Of a DNA stretch of 64,000 nucleotides, positions 1-9,023 are shown in pieces. Origin of the DNA: a virus; the IMG/VR virus record IMGVR_UViG_3300012682_000001, positions 1-64,000 of that record. The stretch is one strand, 5' to 3'. Position numbers and translations under genes: made by a program. The notes below the pieces were generated by a model that worked only from the letters and a program-made list of their open reading frames with translations, made no database searches and was not told where the DNA came from. Positions within the stretch are counted from its first letter, which is position 1. Each line of letters begins with the position of its first letter.

Positions 1-1
1 A

Positions 2-190
2 CTCAATGAGGCATGCGACAAGCCACCATGCACCGCGCAGAGCTGCCTCTACTGCGGCTGCGCGAAGCTACTGGATCGACTCGACCGAGAATATCACGAG
101 CGCATGCGTCCGAAGTGGCGGGAGAGCAAGCGTCGCCAGCGAGAGAGAAAGCGGCATATCGCTAAAACTGAGGCACTGCCTCCAAAATAA
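2..190 (+). CDS. 3' end of Cys-rich basic-tailed protein (5' end outside window)
   Basis: Frame starting at nt 2 reads LNEACDKPPCTAQSCLYCGCAKLLDRL...RRQRERKRHIAKTEALPPK and stops at TAA 188-190, 4 nt before the next ATG. It is more protein-like than the Ala/Arg/Ser-rich N-terminus of track ORF 6..470. Confidence 0.4.
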   Translation, partial: LNEACDKPPCTAQSCLYCGCAKLLDRLDREYHERMRPKWRESKRRQRERKRHIAKTEALPPK

Positions 191-194
191 AAAT

Positions 195-470
195 ATGGAT
201 ACCAAAAAAGACGAACCTGGAGGCAGTTGTCCTCCAGTGACTTGTTCTGCGGCGGTCGAACCTCTCAAGGCAGTCGAATGGCAGTTCCCGCTCGGGTCGT
301 GCCACGCCCGGCTCTCCATCGTGGCTGATGCCGCTGGTGAAATCACGCCGGATGACATGGACGCCCTCACGGAAATAGCGGCGCTGATGAAAAGGCAGCT
401 CGTCCGCAGGCAAGGCGAGCAGCGGAACGACGCCTTCAGCGACGGCGCGGACAGGAATCAAATTTTATGA
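195..470 (+). CDS. hypothetical protein
   Basis: Internal ATG (MDTKKDEPGG...) of track ORF 6..470; stop overlaps next start as ATGA at 467-470. Confidence 0.45.
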   Translation: MDTKKDEPGGSCPPVTCSAAVEPLKAVEWQFPLGSCHARLSIVADAAGEITPDDMDALTEIAALMKRQLVRRQGEQRNDAFSDGADRNQIL

Positions 471-796
471 GCACGAAAACCTCTCGAAAAACCAAGTGCC
501 GCCGTTCGCTGCAAGGCGCTGGTATGCGAACCGAACAAGAGCCGCGCTCGGCAGCTAAGTGGCGGCGGGCTCTGTGCCCCGGAGCATGGGAGCGATGGAG
601 GACATGGCACCCCGACATGATCGCGCGCCTCTACAAGGGCGGCTGGTGGAGGTTGACGATGCCGGGCGAAGGGAAAGGTGGATGCCTACATATCAGCGAA
701 CATCGGACGCTGCGGGAAGCAAAAGCTCGTGCTCGGAGCGGCGCTAGTTCGCATACCGTCCGCATCAGCGACCGCGAACCGGAGGCATCCAAATGA
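467..796 (+). CDS. hypothetical protein (Trp/Arg-rich)
   Basis: Track ORF; ATGA start-stop coupling with both neighbours. Confidence 0.5.
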   Translation: MSTKTSRKTKCRRSLQGAGMRTEQEPRSAAKWRRALCPGAWERWRTWHPDMIARLYKGGWWRLTMPGEGKGGCLHISEHRTLREAKARARSGASSHTVRISDREPEASK

Positions 797-1038
797 CGAG
801 CGACGATCAAGAGCGGTTCGCTGCATGCGGTGGCTCGGCGACTTCGGCACCCGTCGCTCGCAAGGAGTGGTGGTTTGCTCAACGCTGGAATGCCAGCTTT
901 CGGACATGGGAATCGTGGACGCGACATAAGACGCGCGAAGCTGCGGAGCGGACGAAGCCAGGCCGAGCACGTAGTCGGCGCGTTTCGATTGGATTCCCCA
1001 TGGGCGTCACCGGAGAGCTGACGAAGGGCCGCAAATGA
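793..1038 (+). CDS. hypothetical protein
   Basis: Track ORF; ATGA coupling on both sides. Confidence 0.45.
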   Translation: MTSDDQERFAACGGSATSAPVARKEWWFAQRWNASFRTWESWTRHKTREAAERTKPGRARSRRVSIGFPMGVTGELTKGRK

Positions 1039-1220
1039 AGACTCTGCGCTTAAAGCTGTGGCTTCTGCGCCTGATGGTTGCGTTGATCGGATGGAGAGTG
1101 GACTGCCCGCGTTGCCGACACCACTGGCGTTCGTATTACGTTGACGAGGAAACCGGAGAAGGCCCGCCGTGCCCGCGTTGCGCGAAGGAAAGAGATTCTC
1201 GGAAAGCTCTCTCTACATGA
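1035..1220 (+). CDS. small zinc-ribbon protein
   Basis: Two CPRC pairs (VDCPRCRHHW ... PPCPRCAKE); ATGA coupling. Confidence 0.5.
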   Translation: MKTLRLKLWLLRLMVALIGWRVDCPRCRHHWRSYYVDEETGEGPPCPRCAKERDSRKALST

Positions 1221-1516
1221 AAGCAAAAACCCCGAAACCCGAAACTCCGTCCCGCAATATCCTCATCGCCCGCTCCAGTGGCGCCCTCAGCGGAATGAGC
1301 ATGGTCATGGAGCGAGCCCAGCAAGCCATTCAGGACCTGCTTGGCCGTATTGACCGGGTTCAGCAGGCAGACGGCCTTCTAGGGGCCTTTACGGCTCAAG
1401 AAAAGGCGCTCCTTGAGGAGCTGAAGGAGCTGACTGAGGAGAAGTTCGACCGATTCGCTGAATATCGCTCCAAAGTGGAGGCAATGTTCGTGCGCAGCAT
1501 GAAGGAATGGAAGTGA
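1217..1516 (+). CDS. hypothetical coiled-coil protein
   Basis: Internal ATG (MKAKTPKPE...) of track ORF 1169..1516, ATGA-coupled to the upstream stop at 1218-1220. Confidence 0.5.
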   Translation: MKAKTPKPETPSRNILIARSSGALSGMSMVMERAQQAIQDLLGRIDRVQQADGLLGAFTAQEKALLEELKELTEEKFDRFAEYRSKVEAMFVRSMKEWK

Positions 1517-1870
1517 ATGGGAGTGCCTTACTCCAAGAGCCTTGCGATCCCCCCATGGGTGTTAAAGCGCATCCGCAGGGAGGATGCGCGGAGAGGCGGT
1601 AAATCCAGGATGAGCCCCGTGGCCCCCGCCGCGCCAAAGGTCGTCGAGATTAAGCCCAAGCCCGGTCGAGCCAAGGCAGACCCCGACAGAAAAAGGGCGT
1701 TGCAGAGAATCAGGAGCGCTAAATACCGAGACCGGACTCAGATTCTCCGAAACCTTGCGAAATACGAGAAGGGCGAGGGCTACTTCTACCAGCTCAGAGA
1801 CAGCGACCCCGACCCAGGGATGAACCCACTGGAAATCCTGATGTCCAAGGAAGACGAGGAATCCGCTTGA
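1517..1870 (+). CDS. hypothetical basic protein
   Basis: Track ORF starting directly after the upstream stop. Confidence 0.5.
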   Translation: MGVPYSKSLAIPPWVLKRIRREDARRGGKSRMSPVAPAAPKVVEIKPKPGRAKADPDRKRALQRIRSAKYRDRTQILRNLAKYEKGEGYFYQLRDSDPDPGMNPLEILMSKEDEESA

Positions 1871-2036
1871 CCCGCAGCAGCTCCCCTGAAAGAGTCCCCG
1901 TGCCGAGTCGAAACGGCATTGCAGACAACGTAAATGAACAATAACAACTTTGCCCGCCCTGGGCTCGTCAGCCCTTGCGTTGGGGGGATTTCGACAATCA
2001 GACGATCCGGGGCGGGCTTCTTCTTGCCCTGAACCC

Positions 2037-2318
2037 ATGAATAAAGTCATTCGGAAATACCCACTCAAACTAACCGACACTCAGGAACTACTAATGCCGC
2101 ACGGAGGGCAAATCCTTACGGCTCAAGTCCAGGATCAATACCAAGGAGAGGTGCTATGCCTCTGGGCGCTAGTGGACCCTGAGTCTCCATACGTGTCAGC
2201 CAGGCAGATTATGGTCATTGGGACCGGAAGCCCCGTGGAATCCACATCGCTGGTTTACATCTCCACCGTCCAGATGAGCGGTGGCGCGCTGGTGTGGCAC
2301 ATCTTCGAGCAGCCATGA
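2037..2318 (+). CDS. hypothetical protein
   Basis: Internal ATG (MNKVIRKYPLKLTDTQ...) of track ORF 1950..2318; stop coupled to next start. Confidence 0.55.
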   Translation: MNKVIRKYPLKLTDTQELLMPHGGQILTAQVQDQYQGEVLCLWALVDPESPYVSARQIMVIGTGSPVESTSLVYISTVQMSGGALVWHIFEQP

Positions 2319-3145
2319 GCATTAAGGTAATGTCCAAAGTGTTTGAGTGGTCCCAAGCCGAAGGGACTGATCGTCTCGTGATGTTGGCTCTGGCCGACTT
2401 CTGTGATGATGACGCCGTGTGCTACCCTGGAATCTCCCGGATTGCCAAGAAGTGCAGGATTTCCGAGCGCACAGTCCAGCGATCACTTATGTCTCTTCGA
2501 TCGCTTGGGGAGCTGTGGCAGGAGATGGGGGCCGGTGTCGAGGTGAAAGGAAAGGGCTTCACCAGCAAGTATGAACTGCGCTTAAAACCGGGGTGTCAGG
2601 ATGTCACCCCGAAACAGGACCGGGGTGACACTGGTGGTAAAACCGGGGTGACAGTCTTGTCACCCAAACCATCAGTAGAACCATCAGAAGGTATAGGTCT
2701 TGAGGACAAAGGAGGTCCCAGGAAACGTCCCAGTCACGACCTCTTCTCAGACCTACTCCCTCAAGAGTGGATTCCAGACTTCGAGTTCGCTGATAGCTGG
2801 AAAGGTTTCGTGGACATGCGGAGAGCTAAACACCCTCTGACCGACAAAGCGGTTAAGCTCCTCGCGGGCAAGATGCGCAAATGGGGCAAGCTGAAGTCCC
2901 GAATCGCCCTCGACAACGCGACCATCGGGCACTGGAGAGACCTCTACGAGCCGAAGCTGGAGGAGCTACCAGCCCCAAAGCCCCAACCCAGCGACTCCAG
3001 CAGCCGCTACCCAGACTTCATCCAGTCCTACCCCAGCGAGAAGACTCGAAATGATTTCCCCGAGTGGTCTCAGTCTCTGCCTCCGTGGCTGAAGACTGAG
3101 TTCAATCGGTGGATGCAGAGCGGTAAATACACCACACAAAACTAA
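2315..3145 (+). CDS. HTH DNA-binding, replication-initiator-like protein
   Basis: N-terminal winged-HTH-like segment VMLALADFCDDDAVCYPGISRIAKKCRISERTVQRSLMSLRSLGEL, as in phage initiator/DnaD-like proteins. Lies upstream of DnaB. Start set at the ATGA-coupled MSIKVMSKV. Confidence 0.6.
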   Translation: MSIKVMSKVFEWSQAEGTDRLVMLALADFCDDDAVCYPGISRIAKKCRISERTVQRSLMSLRSLGELWQEMGAGVEVKGKGFTSKYELRLKPGCQDVTPKQDRGDTGGKTGVTVLSPKPSVEPSEGIGLEDKGGPRKRPSHDLFSDLLPQEWIPDFEFADSWKGFVDMRRAKHPLTDKAVKLLAGKMRKWGKLKSRIALDNATIGHWRDLYEPKLEELPAPKPQPSDSSSRYPDFIQSYPSEKTRNDFPEWSQSLPPWLKTEFNRWMQSGKYTTQN

Positions 3146-3149
3146 ACCT

Positions 3150-3590
3150 ATGAAATCTGAATCAAACACCGAAGCCGAAATGAGAACCGAGGAAGCCCCG
3201 TCGCCCGAAACCATGGAGGCTCTCGGCGAATACATCACGTCGCTCGTCGAGCGAGAGCACGACTATGGGACATGCGTTTACGCGATGAGTCTCGCCGCCA
3301 CGGCGGCATTCCAGCATGTGGCGTCCAGGCTCGGCGCCACGGGCTTCCAAGCGTCTTGCGCCGATCTGGACATCTTGCGCCGCACGCGGCTGATGGACGG
3401 CCCGTTCACGATCCTTAAGGCCAAGGACATGCTCTATCCGCAATACGACCTGCCGGAGAAACTGCGAGAGGCAATGGAATCATGGAGGGATTGGGCCGCC
3501 ACCGAATGCGCGAAGAAGCTGAAGGAATCAGGAGAGCACACCCACCCGGACGTGAAAGCGCACTGGGAGAGGATGGCCACACAAAACTAA
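3150..3590 (+). CDS. hypothetical protein
   Basis: Track ORF, compact spacing, globular-looking composition. Confidence 0.6.
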   Translation: MKSESNTEAEMRTEEAPSPETMEALGEYITSLVEREHDYGTCVYAMSLAATAAFQHVASRLGATGFQASCADLDILRRTRLMDGPFTILKAKDMLYPQYDLPEKLREAMESWRDWAATECAKKLKESGEHTHPDVKAHWERMATQN

Positions 3591-3593
3591 ACC

Positions 3594-4205
3594 ATGAGCA
3601 CAACACCATCAGCCCAGTTCACCGGATTCCCGAAGATCGCGCGCCTCTCTCGCGAAGTAATAATTAGTGAGAAAATCGACGGAACAAATGGGCAAATCTA
3701 CATCGGCGAAGACGGCGAGTTCCTAGTCGGATCACGCACCCGCTGGATCACTCCAGAGCAGGACAATCACGGGTTCGCCAAGTGGGCCTACGAGCACCGG
3801 GAAGAGTTGATGACGCTCGGGGCCGGTCGCCACTTCGGAGAGTGGTGGGGTAGCGGCATTCAGCGCGGTTACGGACTACCCAGGGGCGAGAAGCGCTGGA
3901 GCCTATTCAACGTCTCCCGCTGGGCGCTTTACGGGACGACACCGAGACTGATCCCGCAGGCTGATCCGAGAATCGAGAAATACCAGGACGTGGCGCCGCC
4001 ATGCTGCCATCTGGTTCCGGTGCTGTTCCAGGGGATGTTCGAGACCGTTCAGGTGGAGGCTGCTATTTCGATACTTCGCCATCACGGGAGCCAAGCGTCA
4101 CCCGGATTCAAAGACCCCGAGGGCGTGGTTTGCTTCCACGGAGCCGCCAACACCGGATTCAAAAAGACGCTGGTGAAAGACGAAGCCCCTAAGTCGATTC
4201 GATGA
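3594..4205 (+). CDS. minimal ATP-dependent RNA/DNA ligase-like nucleotidyltransferase
   Basis: Motif I EKIDGTNG (KxDG lysine), EG-type motif IV PEGVVCFH, motif V-like GFKKTLVK. Only 203 aa, so a nucleotidyltransferase domain with no obvious OB domain. Confidence 0.65.
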   Translation: MSTTPSAQFTGFPKIARLSREVIISEKIDGTNGQIYIGEDGEFLVGSRTRWITPEQDNHGFAKWAYEHREELMTLGAGRHFGEWWGSGIQRGYGLPRGEKRWSLFNVSRWALYGTTPRLIPQADPRIEKYQDVAPPCCHLVPVLFQGMFETVQVEAAISILRHHGSQASPGFKDPEGVVCFHGAANTGFKKTLVKDEAPKSIR

Positions 4206-5608
4206 AGTCTGCAAACTTGCAGGACCGAACCAAGTATATCCCCGACACCCACCGCATCCTACCCCAGTCCCTCGACGCCGAGCGGGGAATCCTAAGCAGC
4301 TTCGTCCTCAGCCCCGTCCACGTCGGAGAGCTACTCCACGAGAAGCACATCACCCCCGAGCACTTCCACCTTCCGGCACACGGCGTCATCTTCGAGGTGC
4401 TAATGGGCCTGTGGCGCGATCAGAAGCCGATCGACTTCATCATCCTCACCGACCAGCTAAGGGAAACTGGGAAACTGGACAACTGCGGAGGCCCGGCATT
4501 CATCACCGAGCTGTTCACCTTCCTTCCCACCGCAGCGAACGCCAGCTACTACACGGAGATCGCCACCGACAAGCACACCCTACGAGAGCTGATCCGGGTC
4601 TGCACGGAGTTCGCGGCAAGGGCCTACGAAGAGACAGAAATGGCCCCAGCGCTGGTCAGCGAGGCCGAGGAGGCAATTCTGGGCATCTCCCGGTTCTCTA
4701 AGGCCTCAGAGGACGACTACAAGACCACCCACGATACAGTGATGGAGGTGATGCACGACCTCGACGCAGCCCAGCAGCGCAAGGGGGCTATCGGGGGAAT
4801 CTCCACAGGCTTCCATAAACTGGACGAGATGACGGACGGCCTGCACCCCGGAGAGATGATCGTCATCGCCGCGCGCCCGAGCATGGGGAAGACTGCCCTG
4901 GCGATGAACATGGGTGAGAGCATGGCCATCCATCACAGGATTCCAACCGCGGTCTTCAGCCTTGAGATGACCCGCAAGCAGCTCGTCCAGCGAATGATCA
5001 TGGGACGAGCCCGCGTGAACTGGGTGAAGTTCCGATCAGGCTACATGGAGGACAGGGACAGCGAGGCGATCGGAGCCGCTTCTGGGCACATCGCCGCCGC
5101 ACCCCTCTACATCAACGACAAGCACGGAATCTCCATCGCCTACGCATCTGCAATCCTGAGGAGACTGAAGCGCAAGCACAACATCCAGGTCGCGATCTTC
5201 GACTACCTCCAGCTCCTCCACGGAGCCAAGAAATACAAAGGAGGAGAGCGCCATCAGGAGGTCGCAGAGATCAGCGGAGGACTGAAGAACTTGGCGAAGG
5301 AGCTGAACATCCCGATCGTGGTCCTGGCGCAGCTCAGCAGGGCGCCAGAGGGCCGCGGAGGAGAAAGCAAGGGCAGGCCCAAGCTCTCGGACATCCGGGA
5401 GTCAGGGAGCGTAGAGCAAGACGCAGACGTGGTTGGGCTACTCCACCGGGATCAATACTACGCGGAAACCCCCAAGGAGATCGAGGAGACCGAAGGCAAG
5501 GCCACGCTGATTATCGCCAAGTCCCGCAACGGCCCGACCGGAGACATCCCGCTGACCTTCCTGAAGGACTTCACCCGCTTTGAGAACTGCGCCAGGGAAG
5601 GAAAATGA
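4202..5608 (+). CDS. dnaB: replicative DNA helicase DnaB
   Basis: LPQSLDAERGILSSFVL N-terminal signature, GISTGFHKLDEMTDGLHPGEMIVIAARPSMGKTALAMN Walker A, IFDYLQLL Walker B region, 468 aa. Confidence 0.95.
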   Translation: MKSANLQDRTKYIPDTHRILPQSLDAERGILSSFVLSPVHVGELLHEKHITPEHFHLPAHGVIFEVLMGLWRDQKPIDFIILTDQLRETGKLDNCGGPAFITELFTFLPTAANASYYTEIATDKHTLRELIRVCTEFAARAYEETEMAPALVSEAEEAILGISRFSKASEDDYKTTHDTVMEVMHDLDAAQQRKGAIGGISTGFHKLDEMTDGLHPGEMIVIAARPSMGKTALAMNMGESMAIHHRIPTAVFSLEMTRKQLVQRMIMGRARVNWVKFRSGYMEDRDSEAIGAASGHIAAAPLYINDKHGISIAYASAILRRLKRKHNIQVAIFDYLQLLHGAKKYKGGERHQEVAEISGGLKNLAKELNIPIVVLAQLSRAPEGRGGESKGRPKLSDIRESGSVEQDADVVGLLHRDQYYAETPKEIEETEGKATLIIAKSRNGPTGDIPLTFLKDFTRFENCAREGK

Positions 5609-5805
5609 AAGAACTACTCAAGGAGCTTAGCGCCCTCGCCAGGCAATACAGGAAGCGGCAAAAAGACGGCATCTATCTCGCTGATGCTTACAAGCGGTTC
5701 GGAAGTGATCGGGAGTCCAGTCGATGCGATAGAGCCTCAGAGATATGGAGCGAGGCCGCCTACCACCTTGAGCAAATCGTAAAAAGCTGGAGGCCCAAAT
5801 CATGA
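5605..5805 (+). CDS. hypothetical protein
   Basis: Track ORF, ATGA-coupled to the dnaB stop. Confidence 0.5.
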   Translation: MKELLKELSALARQYRKRQKDGIYLADAYKRFGSDRESSRCDRASEIWSEAAYHLEQIVKSWRPKS

Positions 5806-5853
5806 TTGACACTCCGGTGAGCGGGTGTAACCAAGGACCCACTAAACGAACCA

Positions 5854-6393
5854 ATGCTACCAGAACAATTACTGGAGAGGGTGCTCCACCGAGTGATCAA
5901 GAGCTTCTGTCTTCGGACCCCAGAACCCGAGGTGAAATACTTCGATGGAAAGATTTGCCTACGGGTGGACGGCAAGGACCAAGGCCGATGCATCGGCAAG
6001 AACGGGATCGTCTTCTGGGCACTGGACACCCTGATGTGGTATGCAGGCACAGGCATTCTACGAAAGAAGGTCAGGCTGGACCTGCTCGACCCCCTGGTTC
6101 CGATCCCCAAAGACCACCGCATGGTCACACCCTTCGAGGCGAATCCCAACTGGGACCGGCAGGCCATCGGTCAACTTATCGAGGCACTCCTTGCTTCGTG
6201 CTTCCAGACAACCTCAACTGCCTGGTCCATCGAGGAAACAAAAGAGTCCGCGGCAATGGTTCACCTGCGGCTACCATTTGAACTCCAGGGCGCCTACGAG
6301 GACCCCAACCTAATCAAAGCATTCTCAATCATCATCCGCTCAGCGGGCATGGCCTCCGGGGTGTCCCTGGAGATCGAAGTCCACTGGCAATAA
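5854..6393 (+). CDS. KH-domain-like RNA-binding protein
   Basis: GxxG-type KH signature in RVDGKDQGRCIGKNGIVFWALDTL; the alternative overlapping frame 5802..6281 is Arg/Gly/Pro junk. Confidence 0.55.
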   Translation: MLPEQLLERVLHRVIKSFCLRTPEPEVKYFDGKICLRVDGKDQGRCIGKNGIVFWALDTLMWYAGTGILRKKVRLDLLDPLVPIPKDHRMVTPFEANPNWDRQAIGQLIEALLASCFQTTSTAWSIEETKESAAMVHLRLPFELQGAYEDPNLIKAFSIIIRSAGMASGVSLEIEVHWQ

Positions 6394-6415
6394 ACCACAA
6401 ACCCTAAACTACGAT

Positions 6416-6682
6416 ATGACAGACACCCTCCCGAGGATTTGCAAAGTCCTCACAGACCTGAAGCTCAACTGGACCCCGTATGGCCCGATGCAGATCGATC
6501 CCAGAACCACCCTCTCTGACGAGCTGGGAATGGACTCCATGGATACGATCGAGGTGGCCGGTGCGCTAGAATTGGAGTTCGGCATCGAACTCGATGACGC
6601 CGACATGTGGGCCTGCGTGGAGGTCGGAGACTTGGTGAACGTCGTGGATCACAAGCGTGAAAAAACCAAAGGAGACCGATGA
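6416..6682 (+). CDS. acyl carrier protein
   Basis: Canonical ACP core LSDELGMDSMDTIEVAGALELEFGIELDDADM with the DS(M/L)D phosphopantetheine serine; 88 aa. Confidence 0.8.
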   Translation: MTDTLPRICKVLTDLKLNWTPYGPMQIDPRTTLSDELGMDSMDTIEVAGALELEFGIELDDADMWACVEVGDLVNVVDHKREKTKGDR

Positions 6683-7031
6683 GGCCCTGGTGGAGGAGAG
6701 GACGATCGAGGGGATGCGGGTCACGCGGACTGGCCGCGGCTGCTACACCTGCCACTCGTCCAGCCAAGCGGAGACGGCTTATGCTGTGGATATTGCGGAG
6801 AATGAAGGGCTTGGGTCCTGCCAGTGCATGGACTTCACCACCCGGAGACTTCCTCGCTGGAGGGGAACCAGGAAGTCCCTCGACGTTTTCCGATGCAAGC
6901 ACATCAAGCGCATCCGCGGATACGTTCTGGATGCGATCATCGCCTTTTACGAGAAGCCCGGGAAGGCCGTGAAACCAAGCCACGATAACGACGAGATGGC
7001 GAATGACGCCATGGAAGAGGAGGGACATTGA
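6657..7031 (+). CDS. SWIM zinc-finger protein
   Basis: CxCxnCxH pattern: GSCQCMDFTTRRLPRWRGTRKSLDVFRCKHI. GTG start overlaps the ACP end, so the start is uncertain. Confidence 0.7.
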   Translation: MKKPKETDEALVEERTIEGMRVTRTGRGCYTCHSSSQAETAYAVDIAENEGLGSCQCMDFTTRRLPRWRGTRKSLDVFRCKHIKRIRGYVLDAIIAFYEKPGKAVKPSHDNDEMANDAMEEEGH

Positions 7032-7264
7032 ACCTGCCTGAAGGATATGTAATCAATAAGTCATTCGCCTATGGCATGGACTTCTCGGGCGCCGCAGTTA
7101 CAAACATACCCGAAGGGGTAAAGGTAAGGCTCAGGTTCCGAAAGGGAGCCTTCGCAGAGGCGTTCATCAAATGGCCCCTTGCATGCACGCGCCATTATCT
7201 CAGGGTGGTCGAAGGAGGTCTTGAATTAACCACCGCCCGAGAGGTAAACAGGAAACTTCCATGA
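7028..7264 (+). CDS. hypothetical protein
   Basis: Track ORF, start-stop coupled on both sides. Confidence 0.5.
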   Translation: MNLPEGYVINKSFAYGMDFSGAAVTNIPEGVKVRLRFRKGAFAEAFIKWPLACTRHYLRVVEGGLELTTAREVNRKLP

Positions 7265-7830
7265 ACCCGATCAAGGGCAAGGAATTCGAGGCACTAATCA
7301 TCTTTCGGGCAACCAAGCTCGAAGAACAGGGATTCCTCACGCTTGGCAGATACGGGACCCAGGTCGTCATGATGAACGACGAAGGAGGAGTCCCGCGCTG
7401 GCAGCCGATACCATCTCTCCCGGACATGGAGGGTGTGATCGCCGGAACCGGAAGGCAGATCATCATCGAAGCCAAGGTGTGCTCGCAGGCCAGCTACCCG
7501 ATCTACCAAACCGGCAAGAAGCACCCCAAGCAGATCGAGCACATGCTCCGGCGCTCCAAGTTCGGAGCCCTGTGCTTCCTGATGGTCCACTTCAACGGAC
7601 GGGACCTGAAAACCAAGTCTGAACCAGCGGAGACCTTCGCTATCCCAGTGACCAGCGACTCGAACTTCTGGAGAGAATACGAGAACGCCGAAAGAAGAAC
7701 CTTGACGCGCGGCGAGGCGGACATGTATGGCATCCGCATCCCGTGGAATTTGTATAGCAGTAGGGCTTCCAGGGAGACGCCTGATTTGACCTACCTGCTG
7801 CCAGATAAACCCGAGCTGAAGCTCACGTAA
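7261..7830 (+). CDS. RecU-like PD-(D/E)xK Holliday junction resolvase
   Basis: GKEFEALI ... PDMEGVIAGTGRQIIIEAKV ... KQIEHMLRRSKFGALCFLMVHF matches the RecU layout (D...E-x-K core, HQ-like helix, G..aFl strand). Confidence 0.65.
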   Translation: MNPIKGKEFEALIIFRATKLEEQGFLTLGRYGTQVVMMNDEGGVPRWQPIPSLPDMEGVIAGTGRQIIIEAKVCSQASYPIYQTGKKHPKQIEHMLRRSKFGALCFLMVHFNGRDLKTKSEPAETFAIPVTSDSNFWREYENAERRTLTRGEADMYGIRIPWNLYSSRASRETPDLTYLLPDKPELKLT

Positions 7831-8075
7831 CTTTACGAGGATTCGCACAGAGCGATGCCTCTCCAAAACCCGCAAATAATACGCACTATGACAAACGGAC
7901 AAGAAACCGGCGCCCCGGTCAAAACAACGACCACGGAGCCCGCTCCCACCACCACCACGACTACGTCGCCATCACCAGCGCCGTCGCCATCGCCCTCTCC
8001 GGCATCGGAGTAGGCAATCAGGGGCGCGCTCTAAAGGGGCGCGTCCCAACCCCTTTACTGAACCACGACAACACC

Positions 8076-9023
8076 ATGAAAAACACAATCGACTACGCTA
8101 AACTACAACCCCACCCTCTCGGCGCGATCTTCCCGCCGATGGACAACGAGTCCTACGACGGACTGGTCAAGAGCATCAAAAAGGACGGCTTCGACGATCG
8201 CGAGAAGATCGTCCTACTCGATGGCCAAATCCTCGACGGCAACAACCGCTACACCGGCCTCAAGAAGGCGCGGGTCAAGCCAGAGCCCAAGTTCTTCCAG
8301 AACTTCAACGGAAGCGACCCCTACTCCTTCGTCGTCCAGAAGAACCTGCATCGCCGCCACCTCACGCCATCCCAGGCAGCCGCTCTCGGCGCTGAGCTGG
8401 TCGAGATGATGAGGGTCGAAGAGAAGCGCCAGAAGGACGAAGCCAAGGCCGCCGCAAAAGGGGGTAAGCCTACAAAGCCACAGAAACAGGCAGCCAAGGG
8501 CAGCAAGGCCGGACGTGCCGCCAAAGCCGTAGGCGTCAGCGAGCGCAGCGTGGACGAAGCCTCGGCGCTGAAGAAGAGCGACCCAGCAGCCTTTGAGGAG
8601 GTCAAGAAAGGAGCCAAGCGGCTCGCCAGCGCCTCCAAGGACGCAGGACAAAAGAAGTCCGCCGCGGACCAGAAGGGCGAGGAGTTCCAGAAGGCCGCAG
8701 AGATCATCGACCGCACCTGCGGGGAGAGCTTTACCGAAACCCTGAAGGGCAAGCTCCAGAGCAAAGACATCATCAAGCTCAGCGGAATCGACGCGGCAGA
8801 GATGCTTCGGATTAAGCCAATGCTGGAAAGTGGATGGAAGCTCAACGCTGCCCTCGGATACAAGTCCGTGGCACTTGTCGCCGCTCACCCCATTCGACAG
8901 CTCCTGGATCGGTGTGATGCTCAGGGAGGGAACTTCGAGGTCGAAATGGAGGGCAAGAGGATCACGGTTGCTGATATTAAAGCAGCGCAGCCCGAGGGAG
9001 CCGCTGATCCTGACCAGCCATGA
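8076..9023 (+). CDS. ParB N-terminal domain protein
   Basis: LQPHPLGAIFPPMDNESYDGLVKSIKKDGFDDREKIVLLDGQILDGNNRY is a typical ParB/Srx-fold N-domain; Lys/Ala-rich linker and C-terminal domain follow. Confidence 0.8.
   Translation: MKNTIDYAKLQPHPLGAIFPPMDNESYDGLVKSIKKDGFDDREKIVLLDGQILDGNNRYTGLKKARVKPEPKFFQNFNGSDPYSFVVQKNLHRRHLTPSQAAALGAELVEMMRVEEKRQKDEAKAAAKGGKPTKPQKQAAKGSKAGRAAKAVGVSERSVDEASALKKSDPAAFEEVKKGAKRLASASKDAGQKKSAADQKGEEFQKAAEIIDRTCGESFTETLKGKLQSKDIIKLSGIDAAEMLRIKPMLESGWKLNAALGYKSVALVAAHPIRQLLDRCDAQGGNFEVEMEGKRITVADIKAAQPEGAADPDQP

Noticed and set aside
6-194. N-terminal extension of track ORF 6..470
   Set aside because: Ala/Arg/Ser-rich and implausible. A different frame gives a Cys-rich protein tail ending at 190, and the internal ATG at 195 fits the operon spacing.
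5802-6281. 159-aa ORF ATGA-coupled to the upstream gene, overlapping the KH-protein ORF
   Set aside because: Arg/Gly/Pro-rich junk translation. The other frame (5854..6393) gives a globular protein with a KH GxxG motif.
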